From an uncultured Chlamydiae bacterium (GTDB lineage: Bacteria; Chlamydiota; Chlamydiia; Chlamydiales; Parachlamydiaceae): 64,000 nucleotides of DNA. The stretch covers positions 25,960 to 89,959 of the forward strand of contig CAWHMU010000047.1 in NCBI GenBank assembly GCA_963830365.1. Direction: 5' to 3'. The notes below the pieces were generated by a model, which ran no database searches, was not told the DNA's origin, and saw only the letters and a list, made by a program, of their open reading frames with translations. A program made the translations under genes and the position numbers. Below, in pieces: positions 60,684 to 64,000 of this stretch; within the stretch, counting starts at the first letter, position 1, and each line of letters opens with the position of its first letter.

Positions 60684-61035
60684 GATATTAGGATGGACAG
60701 GATTAAAGATTTAAACTTTAGTTTGCCAACTTTGCGATTTACGTAGATCTTGGGTGATCATCCTATTTTTCATATCTTGACCATCGTAATATCCTGTTAT
60801 TTTTGCTTGCTCTTTTCTCTTTACAAGTCCTGCAAAACCGGAAGAACCGTTTTTGAGATGTTAGCTCTGTCAACCACTCGTTTGTGTGATGACCCATTTT
60901 TTAACCATTCCTTACTAAGCCTTTCTGAAGAATTCTCCTGGATAAGTATACATTTGTGTGATTAGTATTAAGGATTTGCTTTGATTTATAATATATGTTA
61001 TAATTATTTTTCTTCTAAAAATGATGGTTGTATTT

Positions 61036-61968
61036 ATGAATTCTATAGGAACTTCCTTACGAGAATGGTTTTGCTGTTTCCAGGGTAAACCTAATCATTC
61101 TAATCCACATTCTCATCCACAATCGCTATTTTTGAATAGTATCGAGCGGATTGGGGAGCAACCTGTTTCGACTAACCGCAGCTTGCATGAAAAGATGGTG
61201 AAAACTTTAACAACTTCTAGAAAGAATCCTTTAAAAAAACTTCCTCATCAGCACACAGCCTTGCTGATAAGCCCTGTGCAGAAAGCAAAAGCTCAGCAGT
61301 TTATAAAGCGCTTAAAGGTAAAAAAGAAGTACATCAAAAAGGGAGAGTTGAGCTTTGCAGGAATGCTCAATGATTCAAAGCTACGCAATAATCCGGATGT
61401 TGAAATAAAGAAAAGTATGCTGCTTGAAAATGCACCCATACCTGAAGAAAGGAAAATGGGGCTTTACACGAAAAAGCATATTTTTGCCGGCGATATCATT
61501 CTTGAATATTTTGGCGATGAATACCTTTATGCAGAGGTGGAAACGAAGGGAGACGGGGACTATGCATATGTCTATATCCTTGATAGAACAAATGTAGTTG
61601 ATGTAGAGAAAGCATCTATAATAAATGCTAAAACAAAAGAGGGTGAGATTACTTGCCAAGCAGCATACATTAATCATTCAATGACCCCTATTACACAGTT
61701 TCAAGAGGTTAATGACTCAAACGGCCACATAAGAGTCTTGGTGGTAGCCCAATCTGAAATTAAGAAAGGCACCGAATTAACCATCCATTATGGCGATGAG
61801 TATCGAAAAGAGCTGGAAGACAGTGGGGCTATGACTGACGTATCGTCAGCAGATGTCAGAACAACGAGATCAACGGCTAGACAGGACTCCCGGTTACAAG
61901 CAGCAGTTAATAGCATGGCAATGAAGTCCGGTTTAGGAACAAAACTTTGGCCGGGATATGACTATTAG
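61036..61968 (+). CDS. SET-domain protein lysine methyltransferase (candidate nuclear effector)
   Basis: MGLYTKKHIFAGDIILEYFG, AAYINHS, VVAQSEIKKGTELTIHYG; basic KRLKVKKK patch. Confidence 0.85.
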   Translation: MNSIGTSLREWFCCFQGKPNHSNPHSHPQSLFLNSIERIGEQPVSTNRSLHEKMVKTLTTSRKNPLKKLPHQHTALLISPVQKAKAQQFIKRLKVKKKYIKKGELSFAGMLNDSKLRNNPDVEIKKSMLLENAPIPEERKMGLYTKKHIFAGDIILEYFGDEYLYAEVETKGDGDYAYVYILDRTNVVDVEKASIINAKTKEGEITCQAAYINHSMTPITQFQEVNDSNGHIRVLVVAQSEIKKGTELTIHYGDEYRKELEDSGAMTDVSSADVRTTRSTARQDSRLQAAVNSMAMKSGLGTKLWPGYDY

Positions 61969-62057
61969 CTATCATCTTGAGCGTATGGCCGGCACGATTT
62001 TTACAGCTCGGTGAATGGGACCAGGCTCGCAAGGGGCCGGGCGTGCATAAGCGCCTA

Positions 62058-63017
62058 TTAAGCTTCATCCCACCCGAAGGGGATGATCTCGGCGATGTCT
62101 TTACCGTGGCGCAGCATCATCAGCCTGTCGAAACCTACCGCCACACCGCAAGCATCTGGCAGCCCCTTTTGCAGGGCTTTTAGAAAGTTTTCGTCGATAG
62201 GCAGGGTGTCTTTGCCGAGTTGCTGCCTAAACGCGTTAGCTTCCATCAAACGCGCGCGCTGTTCTTCGGCATCGGCCAGTTCGTGATAGCCATTGGCCAA
62301 TTCGACGCCTCTATAATAAATTTCAAAGCGTTCGGCCACCAGCTCATCATCATCGCGGCGGCAGGTCTTGGCCAGCGCCGCTTGCGTGGCAGGGTAATAG
62401 GCCAGCACGCACAGCTCATCTTTTCCTAAAAGAGGTTCGATGAAGGCTCCTAGAATTAAATTCAGCAGGGCGTCCTTGCCTTCCTGTTCTATGCCCGCAT
62501 ATGGGATCAGGTCGCGCGAGGCCAGGTAGTCGAGCAGCTCTTGATTGGAGGCAGGCACATAGTCGATGCCGGCATAGGTGATGAAAGCATCGCGATAGCT
62601 GAGGATGTGATAGGGAAGGTTTCCAAGCAAAAGGCGTACGAAATCGATGGTCTCTGCCACCATCCCTTCAAAAGAGATGCCGAGGCGATACCATTCGGCC
62701 ATGGTGAATTCCGGATTGTGCTTGGGGCTTTGTTCTCCCTGGCGGAACACATGGGCCAGCTGATAGATATCGCCGATACCTTGTGCCAACAGGCGCTTCA
62801 TGCCATATTCAGGCGACGAATGCAGATAGCGCCAACCGGAATCCTGCCCAATCGGCCCCTCCTTCACCGGGATGAGGTCGATATGCGCGTCCACAGACGC
62901 TTGGCGCGTGATCAGCGGACAGTCCACTTCCAGTACATGCCGCTCGGCAAAGAAGCTGCGCGCCGCTGCCAGCATCTGGGCGCGATCGCGCAAAAGGTTG
63001 AGTTTAGCAGCGAACAC
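62058..63017 (-). CDS. epmA: EF-P lysine aminoacylase EpmA (GenX/PoxA)
   Basis: LHSSPEYGMKRLL, FRQGE...HNPEFTMAEWY, ERFE.Y..GVELANGYHEL, GVAVGFDRL; adjacent to efp. Confidence 0.93.
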   Translation of the reverse strand: MFAAKLNLLRDRAQMLAAARSFFAERHVLEVDCPLITRQASVDAHIDLIPVKEGPIGQDSGWRYLHSSPEYGMKRLLAQGIGDIYQLAHVFRQGEQSPKHNPEFTMAEWYRLGISFEGMVAETIDFVRLLLGNLPYHILSYRDAFITYAGIDYVPASNQELLDYLASRDLIPYAGIEQEGKDALLNLILGAFIEPLLGKDELCVLAYYPATQAALAKTCRRDDDELVAERFEIYYRGVELANGYHELADAEEQRARLMEANAFRQQLGKDTLPIDENFLKALQKGLPDACGVAVGFDRLMMLRHGKDIAEIIPFGWDEA

Positions 63018-63034
63018 GCCGTCTTAAGCGATGG

Positions 63035-63604
63035 TTAGCTGGAAACACGCGAGACATATTCGCCTGTGCGTGTATCGATTTTAATGATTTCATCCTGAAC
63101 AACAAAGATCGGCACTTGGATTTTGGCGCCACTTTCGGTGATGGCAGGCTTTAGCACGCGGCCGGAGGCTGTATTGCCGCGATCGCCTGGAGCGGTATCG
63201 ACGATGCGCATGTCCATGAAAATCGGCGGCTCGACGGTGACAGGGACGCCTTTATAAAAGATGACGTCATAAACGAGGTCTTCCATCAGCCATTGGGCTG
63301 TATCGCCGATATTTGCCAGCGGGATGGTGATCTGTTCGAAAGCCTCATCCATGAATACGGCGCCATCGGCTTCTTTATAAAGCATGCGCATCTTGGAGTC
63401 TACGACATCGGCCACATCAACTTTGTCGCCGGATTTCAAGGTGCGTTCGATGGTGCGTCCTGTAAGAAGATGCTTCAGACGTACACGGTTGATGGCCTGC
63501 CCTTTGCCGGGTTTAAAAAACTCGTTGGTGACAATGGTATAGGGCTGTCCTTCGACTTCGACTTTAAGTCCCGCTCTGAATTCATTGGTGCTGATTTGCG
63601 CCAT
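63035..63604 (-). CDS. efp: Translation elongation factor P
   Basis: KPGKGQA, PGDRGNT, KPA, VPIFV, IDTRTGEYVSR. Confidence 0.96.
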   Translation of the reverse strand: MAQISTNEFRAGLKVEVEGQPYTIVTNEFFKPGKGQAINRVRLKHLLTGRTIERTLKSGDKVDVADVVDSKMRMLYKEADGAVFMDEAFEQITIPLANIGDTAQWLMEDLVYDVIFYKGVPVTVEPPIFMDMRIVDTAPGDRGNTASGRVLKPAITESGAKIQVPIFVVQDEIIKIDTRTGEYVSRVSS

Positions 63605-63819
63605 AAAAAACCTATAAGTTTTAAATTTTTGATAATTGTTGAGCATCATAGCAAAAGCAAATCGTTTTGTCCATGAGAAGATTGATAAGAAGATTCAGGT
63701 GAGTTGTAGGACAACACAATTATCCTAGCAATGCCAGTTGTCCAGGGACAACTGGCGTTGCTAGGATAATTGTGTTGGCATAGGGAATGTCTTTTTTGCC
63801 TTTTTTCTCTCATTCTGTA

Positions 63820-64000
63820 GCCCATACCTAAGCGCAGCGCAGGTGTGGGAATCAAGACCATGCGGCTTAACCGGGGACCGGTTCATCTTTATTCTCTATC
63901 TTTCAATCGAAGACGTAATAGAAAAAAAAGAAGAACCGGGTCCCCCGGTTAGGTCTTATTGGCATGGGTTCCCACACCTGCGCTGCGCTTAGGTATGGGC
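63820..64000. repeat. About 180-bp hairpin element upstream of efp
   Basis: GCCCATACCTAAGCGCAGCGCAGGTGTGGGAA ... TTCCCACACCTGCGCTGCGCTTAGGTATGGGC; inner AACCGGGGACCGGTTC / GAACCGGGTCCCCCGGTT. Confidence 0.9.

Larger units (their letters stand above)
60050..60848. mobile_element. MITE M4, TIR GGTTC(A/T)TCCGGTTTT..AGGA, 8-bp TSD GTTTTTGA
   Basis: TSD at 60042-60049 and 60849-60856; single copy (TCAAAAAC) at the empty site near 51868-51875. Confidence 0.88.
59850..60895. mobile_element. MITE M2 (inverted copy) hosting nested insertions
   Basis: GGTTCATCACACAAATGAGTGGTTGACAGAG ... CTCTGTCAACCACTCGTTTGTGTGATGACCC. Confidence 0.88.

Noticed and set aside
1..64000. tRNA/rRNA genes, prophage, reverse transcriptase or defence systems
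   Set aside because: No recognisable signatures were found by eye; very divergent small RNAs could have been missed.

Overview
This is a chromosomal segment of an environmental Chlamydiae bacterium (Parachlamydiales-like). Evidence: tandem Npt/TLC nucleotide transporters, a DUF2709-type gene next to tsaE and a dnaQ-like gene, the rpsL-rpsG-fusA-rpsJ order without tuf, dxr-rseP, the nifU-nifS-gpmA-rluB block, and a SycD/LcrH T3SS chaperone. Core genes (argS, leucine dehydrogenase, pdxST/pdxH, pgk, DEAD helicase, peptide ABC ATPases, ABC exporter pair, efp-epmA) are interleaved with accessory or effector-like genes: a SET-domain protein, a WxxGxW/Pro/Gly-His repeat protein next to an HTTM protein, secreted glycosyltransferase-like proteins, an SLC12-like transporter with a YbdK ligase, and an Ntn hydrolase. 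The most striking signal is non-coding. Many intergenic regions hold palindromic miniature elements of several families. Two regions (51.5-52.6 kb and 59.8-60.9 kb) are Russian-doll stacks of MITEs sharing GG(T/C)TC(A/T)TC termini. Four insertions there have exact 8-bp target duplications that can be validated against empty sites in the same window, and each MITE carries a different REP-like palindromic cargo. A RAYT with its own REPs is also present. The NifS/NifU-like pair has lost essentially all catalytic residues. fusA and rpsJ contain about six clustered indels that are most likely sequence errors. All calls come from visual inspection; no database searches were run.
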